From positions 21,481 to 85,480 of the forward strand of contig JAZDDX010000015.1 of the NCBI GenBank assembly GCA_043809315.1: a DNA stretch of 64,000 nucleotides, given 5' to 3'. Under the pieces are notes generated by a model. That model searched no databases. It saw only the letters and a list, made by a program, of their open reading frames with translations, and was not told the DNA's origin. Positions 49,832 through 58,958 of the stretch are shown piece after piece. The position numbers and the translations under genes are program-made. Positions within the stretch are counted from its first letter, which is position 1, and each line of letters starts with the position of its first letter. This DNA is from Pseudomonadota bacterium. Its GTDB lineage: Bacteria > Bdellovibrionota_G > JALEGL01 > DATDPG01.

Positions 49832-49860
49832 TTGCAATCGCGAAACGGGTGTGCCATATT
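49832..49860 (+). promoter_or_regulatory. sigma70 promoter of rpsO-pnp
   Basis: TTGCAA, 17-nt spacer, TGc-CATATT. Confidence 0.5.
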
Positions 49861-49927
49861 CCGCGCCGCCAAAAAGGACAAAGAGGAAAAAAGGCAAATA
49901 ACTATTCGGAATTCGTAAGGAATTTTT

Positions 49928-50185
49928 GTGGAAGGTAAGACCAAATTGATCTCGCAGTATCGTCAACACGACCGGGACACCGGTTCACCGGAGGTCCAAG
50001 TCGCGTTGCTGACGAATCGGATCAATCATCTGACGGGTCATTGCAAGGTACACGCGAAGGATTTTCATTCCCGGCGTGGGCTCCTCAAGATGGTCAGCAA
50101 CCGCCGTCGCCTGCTGGATTATTTGCGACGGGTGGATGTCGGCCGCTATCAGAAGGTCGTCTCGGATTTGGGACTGCGGAAGTAA
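49928..50185 (+). CDS. rpsO: 30S ribosomal protein S15
   Basis: [31 protein letters not shown]. Confidence 0.97.
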   Translation: MEGKTKLISQYRQHDRDTGSPEVQVALLTNRINHLTGHCKVHAKDFHSRRGLLKMVSNRRRLLDYLRRVDVGRYQKVVSDLGLRK

Positions 50186-50239
50186 GATCCTTTCGCTCGA
50201 TCCCCTGCGTTTCCGTTCATACTCAAAAAAGGAAAACTC

Positions 50240-52642
50240 ATGAAAGCAGTGTCTATTCAATTTCACGGCAGGACTCTATCTGTCGAAGTCGGACGTGTTG
50301 CCAAACAGGCGAACGGCTCCGCCTACATCAAGTACGGTGACACCGTCATTCTCGTGACGGCGGTCGCGAACCGCACCGAAAAAGAGGGGCAGGACTTCCT
50401 CCCCTTGACCGTCGATTATTTCGAGCGATATCCCGCGGCGGGAAGAATCCCGGGTGGATTCTTCAAGCGCGAGGGACGGCAGACCGAGCGCGAGACGCTC
50501 ACGTCGCGTTTGACCGATCGGCCGATCCGGCCGCTCTTCCCGGACAACTACCAGAGGGAAACGCAGGTGATCGCCACGGTCCTCTCCTTCGACAAGGAGA
50601 ACGATCCGGACATTCTGGCGCTTCTGGGTGCTTCGACCGCGCTTCAGATCTCGGAGATCCCGTTCCACGGCCCGGTGGCCGCGGTTCGAGTCGGCCGGAT
50701 CGAGGGGCAGCTTGTCTGCAACCCGCTCATCTCCCAGCTCGCGACGAGCGACCTGGATCTCGTGATCGCCGCCTCGCGCGACGCGATCGTGATGGTCGAA
50801 GGGCAGGCGAACGAAGTTCCGGAAGCGGAAGTTCTCGCAGCGATGAAATTCGGGTTCGAATCGGTCCAACCGCTGCTCGATCTCCAAGATGAGCTTCAAA
50901 AAGCGGTCGGAAAGCCGAAGTGGGTCTTAAAGGAAGTCCAGGGGACAAAACCGCTGGAAGACAAGATCCGTTCGATTGTCGGTGGAAAGCTGGCGGAGGC
51001 TCTCAAGATCAAAGAGAAGCTTCCCCGTTACACGTTCCTGGCCGACACCAAGCAGGAGCTTCTGGCGAAGTTGACGGCGGAGGATCCCTCCTACGCTGAT
51101 CAGGCAAAGAGCATCTCGGAGACCTTCTCCGAGATCGTCTCGTCGGAAATCCGGAAACGGATCGTCTCGACCGGGACACGCGTCGACCAACGGGATACGA
51201 AGACGGTCCGCCCGATTACGATCGAGGTGGGACTCCTTCCCCGGACGCACGGTTCCGCACTCTTCACGAGAGGTGAGACCCAGGCGATCGTCACGACGAC
51301 GCTGGGCACCTCGGACGATGAGCAACGGATCGACTCGCTCTCGGGCGAATGGCGGCAGAAGTTCATGCTGCACTACAACTTTCCCCCCTTCTCCGTCGGC
51401 GAATGCAAGCCGATGCGCGGCCCCGCGCGGCGTGAGATCGGGCACGGCGTGCTCGCACACCGGGCGATCGGGAAGATCCTCCCGAAGGAGAATTTTCCGT
51501 ACACGATCCGGGTTGTCTCCGACATTTTGGAATCGCACGGCTCGTCGTCGATGGCGACGGTCTGCGGCGCCACCCTCTCGCTCATGGACGCCGGCGTGCC
51601 GATCAAGGCACCGGTGGCCGGGATCGCGATGGGGCTCATCAAGGAAGGGGATAAGTTCTTCGTCCTGTCGGACATCTCCGGGGACGAGGATCATATCGGC
51701 GACATGGACTTCAAGGTGGCCGGCACCTCGGCCGGCGTCACCGCCGTTCAGATGGACATCAAGGTCCGCGGGATCGACTGGAAGGTGCTGGAAAACGCAC
51801 TCCACCAGGCGAAAGAAGGACGGCTGCACATCCTGGCGAAGATGAACGAGGCGATCTCGGCCCCGCGTCCGGAGATGTCTCCGTATGCGCCGAGGATCGA
51901 GACGATGCAGATCAACGTCGACAAGATCCGCGAAGTGATCGGGCCGGGCGGGAAGATGATCCGCTCGATCTGCGAACAGAGCGGTGCCAAGGTCGACATC
52001 GAGGACAGCGGGATCATCACGATCGCGTCTGCCGATGCAACGGCACTCGCGAAGGCCAGGGAGCTGATCACGCTTATCGTAGCCGAGCCGGAAATCGGGC
52101 GGATTTACAAGGGGAAGGTCGCCCGGATCATGGAATACGGCGCCTTCGTCGAGATCATGCCGGGAACGGACGGGCTGGTTCACATCAGCCAGATCCACAG
52201 CGAGAACGGCCGTGTCGAAAACGTCACCGACGTCTTAAAGGAAGGGGACGAGATCGAAGTGAAGGTAATCTCGGTCGACCGGATGGGGAAGATCAAGCTT
52301 TCGCACAAGGAAGCGATCGTCCCCGGTTCAGGGAACATCGGCGCGGAAGAGGAACCGAGACGGCGTCCTCCGATGGAAGGCCGGGGTCGAGGGGGCTTCG
52401 GCGGCGGTGGCGGAGGTCGTGATCGTGGCCGAGGCGGGCCGGGTCGCGGGGAACGCGACCGTGGACCGCGTCGCGACGGACCGAGTCAGGGCGGACCGCG
52501 CCGGGATGGACCGAGTCAGGCTGGACCGAGTCAAGCTGGACCGAACCACGACGCACCTCGGGAAGCCGGAGGGGACAGCGAAGGGAGCGAGTTCAACGCC
52601 GACGGGGACGTGAAGTTCCGCGGCCCCCGCCCCACCCGTTAG
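50240..52642 (+). CDS. pnp: Polyribonucleotide nucleotidyltransferase with long low-complexity C-terminal tail
   Basis: IPGGFFKREG, HGSALFTRGETQ, RREIGHG, GDMDFKVAG, KH and S1 domains. Confidence 0.98.
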   Translation: MKAVSIQFHGRTLSVEVGRVAKQANGSAYIKYGDTVILVTAVANRTEKEGQDFLPLTVDYFERYPAAGRIPGGFFKREGRQTERETLTSRLTDRPIRPLFPDNYQRETQVIATVLSFDKENDPDILALLGASTALQISEIPFHGPVAAVRVGRIEGQLVCNPLISQLATSDLDLVIAASRDAIVMVEGQANEVPEAEVLAAMKFGFESVQPLLDLQDELQKAVGKPKWVLKEVQGTKPLEDKIRSIVGGKLAEALKIKEKLPRYTFLADTKQELLAKLTAEDPSYADQAKSISETFSEIVSSEIRKRIVSTGTRVDQRDTKTVRPITIEVGLLPRTHGSALFTRGETQAIVTTTLGTSDDEQRIDSLSGEWRQKFMLHYNFPPFSVGECKPMRGPARREIGHGVLAHRAIGKILPKENFPYTIRVVSDILESHGSSSMATVCGATLSLMDAGVPIKAPVAGIAMGLIKEGDKFFVLSDISGDEDHIGDMDFKVAGTSAGVTAVQMDIKVRGIDWKVLENALHQAKEGRLHILAKMNEAISAPRPEMSPYAPRIETMQINVDKIREVIGPGGKMIRSICEQSGAKVDIEDSGIITIASADATALAKARELITLIVAEPEIGRIYKGKVARIMEYGAFVEIMPGTDGLVHISQIHSENGRVENVTDVLKEGDEIEVKVISVDRMGKIKLSHKEAIVPGSGNIGAEEEPRRRPPMEGRGRGGFGGGGGGRDRGRGGPGRGERDRGPRRDGPSQGGPRRDGPSQAGPSQAGPNHDAPREAGGDSEGSEFNADGDVKFRGPRPTR
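52463..52552 (+). repeat. Six 15-nt tandem units inside the pnp tail
   Basis: GGACCG recurs at 52463, 52478, 52493, 52508, 52523, 52538 (GPRRD-GPSQG-GPRRD-GPSQA-GPSQA-GPNHD). Confidence 0.85.
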
Positions 52643-52671
52643 TTTCGGAGGACACATTACGCAATTGGCCT

Positions 52672-52696
52672 GGGACACCATGCTTCATGGTGTCCC
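52672..52696. terminator. Hairpin between convergent genes (probable terminator)
   Basis: GGGACACCATG-CTT-CATGGTGTCCC, perfect 11-bp stem; U tract weak. Confidence 0.65.
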
Positions 52697-52705
52697 CGTG
52701 TCGTT

Positions 52706-53596
52706 TTAGAACGAGAAATCGAGGCCGATCGTGAACGCTTTGACGTTCGCGGTGTTCCGGCCGGCGACCGACTGCTGGTAAAGACCAAAGATCCCCAGGA
52801 GATCCGTTGCGCGATAGGTGAGGCCGCCGCCGATCCGGTGGGTGTTCTCTTTGTTCCCCGGATAATAGTTCGCGGTTGAGTAGTAATCGAAATCGGTCCC
52901 ACCGTTTTGCGCGGTAAATTGGTACATGAAGCGCGCGTTGAGCTTGTCGGTGAGGTTCACCCCCGGCTCGATCATCAGGTCGATCTGGTTCGCTGGCGCT
53001 CCTGTTCGCAGCACGAACGATAGACTTCCGCGGAAATAGGTCCGGATCGAAGGGATGTAGGTGCCGGCCAGAAGCGAAAGGCCGAGGTCAGTCTGCCCAT
53101 CTCCTGGGGCGTTGGCGAGCTCTCCGGTCGCATAAGTCCCAGGAAGCTTCACGTACGGCCGAACGCCGATCGATGCCCCCCGATCCCAGAAGATGTACTT
53201 GGCACCCAAGGTGACATCGCCGAGCCCCTTGTTCGTGTCGACATCGCGGACCTCACCATCCGGCCCAAGAGAGGCGCCGATGATCTGACCGTTCAAGTCC
53301 GTCTCGAGAAAGACGAACTTTCGCTGGGTAAAAACAATCGGGAAGGTGATGTCGAACGACAGGTTCTCGATCGGGACATACTCCGCGTACGTCGTGAATT
53401 CGTACTGATCCACCTCACCGGGGAGCGCGACGGACGTGCCATCCCCCTGGAGGTACTGGTCCCAGATCGCTTGCGTGTAGGCAAACGAGGCGTGGAACGT
53501 CCCCTGCGGCGGAACCCAGACGGGGTCAGCGGAGGCGGTCGAAACCGGACCTCCGGCGGCCAACGCCAGGCAGGCGAGTAGGGCGAGCTTCCTCAC
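52706..53596 (-). CDS. Outer-membrane beta-barrel protein (putative transporter)
   Basis: Signal peptide, GLGDVTLGAKY, KLPG, GDGQTD, C-terminal IGLDFSF. Confidence 0.7.
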   Translation of the reverse strand: MRKLALLACLALAAGGPVSTASADPVWVPPQGTFHASFAYTQAIWDQYLQGDGTSVALPGEVDQYEFTTYAEYVPIENLSFDITFPIVFTQRKFVFLETDLNGQIIGASLGPDGEVRDVDTNKGLGDVTLGAKYIFWDRGASIGVRPYVKLPGTYATGELANAPGDGQTDLGLSLLAGTYIPSIRTYFRGSLSFVLRTGAPANQIDLMIEPGVNLTDKLNARFMYQFTAQNGGTDFDYYSTANYYPGNKENTHRIGGGLTYRATDLLGIFGLYQQSVAGRNTANVKAFTIGLDFSF

Positions 53597-53611
53597 AACG
53601 ATAGGATCTGT

Positions 53612-53626
53612 GCAAGTTCAGGACCA
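53612..53626 (-). promoter_or_regulatory. Possible sigma54 promoter
   Basis: Minus strand TGGT-CCTGAAC-TTGC (GG-N10-GC; one departure from TGGC). Confidence 0.4.
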
Positions 53627-53658
53627 ACCCGCCAGGAAAGGACCAAGAAAAATCTCAG

Positions 53659-54066
53659 TTATTTAAGTAACTTATATTCGGACAGCTTGTATTTATAGAT
53701 CATATACTGCACCAGGCCCTCCATAGCGGGGTCTTCAAGGGGCAGCGGCGTCCCACCCATCCGTTGGGTGATTTCGTCGTTGATCTTGGCTTTCAGGTTC
53801 TTGAAATTCGCTGCGAGCGACGACGGTTTGAGCGGGGTTTTCTGGTCGTGACAGGCGGAACAGGGCTGGTTCCCGAGGAAGTTGTGAATTTCGAGGCGGT
53901 CCACGACCAGCGTATTCCGCTCGAACAGCTCCTTGCCGGTCGCCACCAGTTTCTCCGACAGCGTCAGCGGAAGCTTCGGCGGAGGGGGAGGGTTGTACGA
54001 CTGGGAGGCGTAGGCGACGCCAGCGGTGATGGCGGCCGCAACGAGGGTCAGCGGGGTGGATCTCAC
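53659..54066 (-). CDS. Monoheme c-type cytochrome
   Basis: Signal peptide, GKELF, CSACH heme motif, candidate distal Met; start approximate. Confidence 0.75.
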   Translation of the reverse strand: MRSTPLTLVAAAITAGVAYASQSYNPPPPPKLPLTLSEKLVATGKELFERNTLVVDRLEIHNFLGNQPCSACHDQKTPLKPSSLAANFKNLKAKINDEITQRMGGTPLPLEDPAMEGLVQYMIYKYKLSEYKLLK

Positions 54067-54114
54067 GATTCTTTCATGGTCGCCTACCACCGGATCGAAA
54101 TCAAGAGGTCAGAG

Positions 54115-55269
54115 TTACACTGGATAAAGCTTCGGGAACCACCGTTCGACGACATCAATCGGGAATCCAAGACGGACTGGCCCTTTCGATGTTTCGGATA
54201 CCAGCAACTCCTCGCGAATCAGCCGATGGAGAACCGTCCGGCCTTGTCGTTCCTTGTACCCGGTCACCGCCGCAACCTTCCCGCGCGGCATCTCTCCGAA
54301 CAAGAGCACGTGAACCAGCACTGCATCCGACCCTTTGGGTAAACGGCCCTCAGCGATCCCCTCACGGGCGAAGAGTTCGATCCGGTTCTTGAGCGCCATC
54401 GGATCGAGCAGGGCGCTCATGAAATCGATCTGATCCGCGCAGATGCGGAAAAAGAACTCGCAAAAGTCACGAAGGCCTCGTTCGCTTAAATTCCCGCGAC
54501 CATCCAGGTCGTTGAGTCGCGGATGATCGGCATCCATCAGCCTGGACTTATACTCCTCCACATTCCTCGCGAGGCCGCGGGAGATCGACCAGAGACCGTT
54601 GCAGCCAAGGCCGATCTGTTTGAGATACGCATGGGAAAAGAGGCGCGCGACACGCCCGTTCCCGTCCAGAAACGGGTGGATCCAAAGCAGTCGGTGGTGC
54701 GATGCCGCGGCCGCTGCGATCTGCCGGGACCGCGAAAGGCGATGGTGTGCGTAGACCTCGGCGAATCGCTCCAAGAGCGGCGCGATGTCGTCGGCGACGG
54801 GGGGGATGTGCCGCCCGACCTGAACATGGCGCTTTCGAAACTCCCCGGGGACCACTCGAACCCTTTCCCTGGTATCGGGATTCTCAACCCACAGCATCTC
54901 CTCGGGGAGGCGCGCGCAGAACTGTTCGTGGATCCATGCAATGAACCCGGCGGAGACCATCGGAGCGGTAAACTCTCCTCGGTCGATTATCCGCTGTACT
55001 TCGATATGCGCCTTGGCTTCGAGCTGCAAAACCCTCTTCTTCGGTTGATCGGAATACTGTTCCCGGAGAGCGCGCTCGATCTCCCGGGGGTGCGTGTCGT
55101 GCCCCTCGATCAGGTTGCTGTAGTAGCAGTTCATCGAGCGGACAAGTTCGGCGACCTCAGTAGCGACAATCGGATGGATCCGTGCGGATAGGGTCCCCCC
55201 TTTTTCGAGCACAAAGACCGCCAGGTCATTAAGGCTGGCGTCATTTTCGTTCGGGAGAGTCGGCTCCAT
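54115..55269 (-). CDS. Fic family protein (class II, N-terminal inhibitory motif)
   Basis: HPFLDGNGRVAR catalytic motif; SNLIEG inhibitory motif; C-terminal HTH-like segment. Confidence 0.93.
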   Translation of the reverse strand: MEPTLPNENDASLNDLAVFVLEKGGTLSARIHPIVATEVAELVRSMNCYYSNLIEGHDTHPREIERALREQYSDQPKKRVLQLEAKAHIEVQRIIDRGEFTAPMVSAGFIAWIHEQFCARLPEEMLWVENPDTRERVRVVPGEFRKRHVQVGRHIPPVADDIAPLLERFAEVYAHHRLSRSRQIAAAAASHHRLLWIHPFLDGNGRVARLFSHAYLKQIGLGCNGLWSISRGLARNVEEYKSRLMDADHPRLNDLDGRGNLSERGLRDFCEFFFRICADQIDFMSALLDPMALKNRIELFAREGIAEGRLPKGSDAVLVHVLLFGEMPRGKVAAVTGYKERQGRTVLHRLIREELLVSETSKGPVRLGFPIDVVERWFPKLYPV

Positions 55270-55357
55270 GATTGCCGATCTTTATATCACACAATATAGC
55301 GTAATATCAATTATATATACGCAACGTGGCAACATTATTGCCGATTATTTTGCCGGT

Positions 55358-57574
55358 CTAGCCGACTGAAAAATTGAGACGGAACTCCGGGATTGAGGCC
55401 TCCTCGACCCGCACCGTGACTCGATCGCCGAGGCGGACCGTTTTCCCATGCCTCCGTCCCCGGAGCAGCTTCTCCCGTTCGAAGAGGTCGAACTGATCGT
55501 TCCCTAAGTTTTTGACGTGAAGGAACCCCTCGACGGCATGCTCGTCGAGTGCGACGAACATCCCCTGCGAGACGATTCCGACGATCGTCCCTTTGAACGT
55601 CTCCTTTTTCCGGCCGGACAGGAACCGGATCCCCTTCAAGAGTCTCACCTCGCGCTCCGCGGTCTGCGCGAGACGTTCCTGGGACGAGATATAGGCCGAG
55701 ATGTTTTCGAGGGTTCCGTAATTTTTCGGGAAGGAAGGCTCCGTCGTCCCCTTTTTTTGAAGAAAGGCGCGAACCATCCGGTGGACGACCAAGTCGGCGT
55801 ACCGGCGGATCGGGGAGGTGAAATGAAGGTAATCCCGGAAACCGAGACCGTAATGTCCCAAGTTCTGTGGAGAGTAGCATGCCTGTCGCATCGAACGGAG
55901 AGCCAGGAAGGAAAAGACTTCCCCGCGTGGATCTTTGTCGAACCGATGGAGCAGTCGGTCGAGTTCGATCGGGTCGGCTTTCGAACAGTCGAAACTGACG
56001 GTGTATCCGTACGCCCGCAGGAGGTAGATGAAATCGGCCAGTTTCCGTGCGTCAGGTTTTTCGTGAACGCGGAAGATGACGGGGAACCCTTTGTGGTCCA
56101 ACGTGTGTGCGACCCCCTTGTTCGCCGCGAGCATGAACTCCTCGACGATCTGCTGAGCCGGGGTTCGTTCCCGCCGCGCCATTGCGGTGACGGAACCATG
56201 GTCGTCCAGAACCACCTTTGTCTCCGACAGGTCGAAGTCGATCCCCCCCTCACTCATCCGCTTCTTAAACATCGTCTGAGATAGCTCCCGCATCCGAGAA
56301 AGCATCGGGAGTAGATCGTCCGGGATATCGCTTCCGCTGCGCTCCGACTTCGGGGGAAGTGTCCCCCCCGGCCTTCGGCTGGTTCCCCCCCTCAGTCGCT
56401 CCGCGGAATCGATATCCCGCCCGCTCAGCTCACGATCGACCCCTTCGTAGGTGAGGCGCGCTCGAGAACGGATCACGACCTCGAAGAGTTCGGTCTTGGT
56501 GAGGGCGCCGTCGGGGGAGATCCGGAGTTTCGCGGCGAGTGCCAGCCGATCCTCGTTGGGACGAAGGGAGCAGAGGTTGTTCGAAAGTCGCTCCGGAAGC
56601 ATCGGGACGACGCGGTCGGGGAAATAGAAACTGTTCCCGCGACTCGCTGCCTCGCGGTCGAGCGGCCGGTCGGGGTAGACGTAGTGGGCGACGTCGGCGA
56701 TCGCGACCCAGAGGTTCCCCTCGCGGTCGAGAGTGACGGCGTCGTCGTGATCTCGCGCATCCGCACCATCGATCGTGACGAACGGAAGATTTCGGAGATC
56801 GGTTCGCCCCGCGAGATCGGAGTCCGAGATCGTCTCCGGAATCCGGTTCGCCTCCTCGACCGCGTCATTTGGGAACTTTTTCGGGATATTGTTCCGGAAG
56901 ATCACCATCAACGAATCGATCTTCGGGTCATCCAAAGGCCCGAGAACGGCCGCAAGATTCCCGCGAAGCTCTTTCCCGGTGGACCCTTTCCAATCGATCG
57001 TGACGGCGACGACCGGATCCTCGTCCGGGTTGAAGTCTGAGGGGAGGGGAGTTGCTACCGTGATCGTGTAGGGGATCTCCTGGCCGAACGGCGTTAAATA
57101 TGCGGTCCGATCCTCGCGAAAACGGATCTGCCCCACGAGAGTCCGGATTCCCCGGGTCAAAACCTCCCGGACGCGCCCCTCCTGCCGGCCGCGTCCCTGG
57201 GTCTTTTCCTCCACTTCGACGGAAACGCGATCCCCGTGCAACGCGCCCCCGATCCCTTCGCCCGGGACGAAGATGTCTTCGGATCCGTCGTCCGGAACGA
57301 CGAAGCCGAAACCCCGCCGGTTGTACTGGAGTTTCCCCTCCACCGTTTTCGCGGGGCGGGCCGGAACGAATCGCTGGTTGCGGAGTTTGACCGCTTCCCC
57401 CGAACGCATCAGTTCGTGAAGAAAGCGCTGAACCTTCTTCTTGTCCCCTCCGCGTGCCCGAAGCGCGGAGCAGAGCTCCGACAGCGTCGATGGGCGATAC
57501 TTGGGGTCCGTCAGGAGTTTTCGAAGGTCATCGCTTGTCAGGTTTTCGATGACGGACTCCTTTTGAGAGAACAA
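55358..57574 (-). CDS. rnr: Ribonuclease R
   Basis: GFGFV CSD, TIDGADARDHDDA, VAIADV, PMLPERLSN, HFTSPIRRYADL, S1; start uncertain. Confidence 0.96.
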   Translation of the reverse strand: MFSQKESVIENLTSDDLRKLLTDPKYRPSTLSELCSALRARGGDKKKVQRFLHELMRSGEAVKLRNQRFVPARPAKTVEGKLQYNRRGFGFVVPDDGSEDIFVPGEGIGGALHGDRVSVEVEEKTQGRGRQEGRVREVLTRGIRTLVGQIRFREDRTAYLTPFGQEIPYTITVATPLPSDFNPDEDPVVAVTIDWKGSTGKELRGNLAAVLGPLDDPKIDSLMVIFRNNIPKKFPNDAVEEANRIPETISDSDLAGRTDLRNLPFVTIDGADARDHDDAVTLDREGNLWVAIADVAHYVYPDRPLDREAASRGNSFYFPDRVVPMLPERLSNNLCSLRPNEDRLALAAKLRISPDGALTKTELFEVVIRSRARLTYEGVDRELSGRDIDSAERLRGGTSRRPGGTLPPKSERSGSDIPDDLLPMLSRMRELSQTMFKKRMSEGGIDFDLSETKVVLDDHGSVTAMARRERTPAQQIVEEFMLAANKGVAHTLDHKGFPVIFRVHEKPDARKLADFIYLLRAYGYTVSFDCSKADPIELDRLLHRFDKDPRGEVFSFLALRSMRQACYSPQNLGHYGLGFRDYLHFTSPIRRYADLVVHRMVRAFLQKKGTTEPSFPKNYGTLENISAYISSQERLAQTAEREVRLLKGIRFLSGRKKETFKGTIVGIVSQGMFVALDEHAVEGFLHVKNLGNDQFDLFEREKLLRGRRHGKTVRLGDRVTVRVEEASIPEFRLNFSVG
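56321..56419. repeat. 99-nt nested palindromic element in frame within rnr
   Basis: Terminal IR CGGGATATCGcTTCCGC / GCGGAAtCGATATCCCG (16 of 17 pair); inner CGACT/AGTCG, GGGGGAA/TTCCCCC and CCGGCC-TTC-GGCTGG stems. Confidence 0.8.
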
Positions 57575-58019
57575 GCGCCTTCTTGAGATTCCGGATGTCC
57601 TCCAAGTCCTGCGGTCGCCCGGCGGCCTTCTTCAGGCGGATGAGGTCGTGAATCCCGATGATCGGAAGGCGCTCGTCGTCGTATCTTGATGTGACTCGTC
57701 GTTTCCAGGCATCTTCAAAGGAGATCCTGCCGGGCTGTACCAAGAGGTCAATCCGGTTCGGAGCGATGCCGATCTGGTAAATGATCGTTGGATCCTGAAG
57801 GTCTTCCTTGGTCAGTTCGGAGAGAGGGGCACCGAAAAGTCCGAGAGCTTTCCAGATTCGGTCGGTATTGCGCCGGTCCGAAGCGATCCAGAGATCGAAA
57901 TCTTTCGTGTAACGTGGCTCGGCGTAGTAAGCGACCGCATAAGCGCCGATGAGGAGGTACTTAGCCCCTTCGGCGTTCAAGGCGTGCAACAGATCTTTGA
58001 AGTCGCGATTGGTCAGCAT
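57528..58019 (-). CDS. Minimal nucleotidyltransferase (DUF6036-like)
   Basis: YLLIGAYAV..Y..PRYTKDFDLWI, RIDLL, LIRLKKAAGRPQDLEDI. Confidence 0.8.
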   Translation of the reverse strand: MLTNRDFKDLLHALNAEGAKYLLIGAYAVAYYAEPRYTKDFDLWIASDRRNTDRIWKALGLFGAPLSELTKEDLQDPTIIYQIGIAPNRIDLLVQPGRISFEDAWKRRVTSRYDDERLPIIGIHDLIRLKKAAGRPQDLEDIRNLKKALVLSKGVRHRKPDKR

Positions 58020-58173
58020 TCTCTCCTCGGATTTTTTTGGTCTCCCGAGTCATCGTCCACATTGCTTCGAAGACTCCCTTCGGTCCGACCTTCCTCCAGA
58101 ACTCCAGGTCGAAGTAACTCTCCTGGCCCAACCTAGCAATTCGAGCCATTCGGACCGTCTTCTTACGGGTCAT
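57961..58173 (-). CDS. Small basic protein, probable partner of the nucleotidyltransferase
   Basis: FDLEFW....P....EAMW..SRLQRSVARL pattern; own extended -10 (TGgTAGAAT) 6 nt before the ATG. Confidence 0.6.
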   Translation of the reverse strand: MTRKKTVRMARIARLGQESYFDLEFWRKVGPKGVFEAMWTMTRETKKIRGENADQSRLQRSVARLERRRG

Positions 58174-58190
58174 AAAGTGATTCTACCATA

Positions 58191-58958
58191 TCAAGCATCG
58201 TTCGCTCGTCGTTGAAACCGCAAAAACCACCAGAGCCCCGCCGCAAGAACCATCGGGATGCTCAGGAACTGCGCGGTTGTCAGCCCCGCCAGGTGGCCGG
58301 GGCTCTCGCGGAACGTCTCGAGGTACGAACGGACGGCGCCATACACGATCAGAAATACCAGAAACAGTTCCCCCGCGAACCGCTGTCTTCTCCGAAAAAG
58401 GAGAAGCAGGAATAAGAGGAGGAAGTTCGCGAGCGATTCGTAGAGCTGTGTCGGGTGAACCGGCACCCCCAGGAGATCGGAGTGGGTTTCCGGGTCGGTG
58501 AACGTCACCGCCCAGGGAAGATCGCACGCACGACCGGCGCAGCAGCCGGCCAGGAAACAGCCGATTTTCGCGATCGCGAGACCGAGCGCGATCGTGGGAG
58601 TGTAGATGTCGGCCACCTTCCAGAACGGGAGACGGTGATGTCGGCAGTAGAGGATCGAAAGCCCGATCGCCGCGAAGAGACCTCCGAAAAACGACAACCC
58701 CCCTTCCCGGAAGGCGAAGAACTGCCAGGGGTTTCGGAAATAGACGTCCGCATGCTCGACGAACGTGTAGAGGAAACGGGCTCCCAAAATCGCGGAGACG
58801 ATGATCCACCAGGATAGTTTCTCGATCCGTTTCGGGGGAAGACCTTCTTTCCGGGCGCCCCGCTCCGCGAGGTTCATTCCGACGAAAAAGGCGACCGCCA
58901 GCATCAGGCCGTAGAACGAGATCTTGAACGAACCGAGCTGGATCAGGATCGGGTGCAT
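58191..58958 (-). CDS. lgt: Prolipoprotein diacylglyceryl transferase
   Basis: MHPIL, YGLM, LGAR, GGLSFFGG, IGCFLAGCC, HPTQLYES, R..LE.FR. Confidence 0.9.
   Translation of the reverse strand: MHPILIQLGSFKISFYGLMLAVAFFVGMNLAERGARKEGLPPKRIEKLSWWIIVSAILGARFLYTFVEHADVYFRNPWQFFAFREGGLSFFGGLFAAIGLSILYCRHHRLPFWKVADIYTPTIALGLAIAKIGCFLAGCCAGRACDLPWAVTFTDPETHSDLLGVPVHPTQLYESLANFLLLFLLLLFRRRQRFAGELFLVFLIVYGAVRSYLETFRESPGHLAGLTTAQFLSIPMVLAAGLWWFLRFQRRANDA

Noticed and set aside
52463-52552. Periodic repeat considered as a mini CRISPR array
   Set aside because: 15-nt in-frame coding repeat without unique spacers or cas genes.
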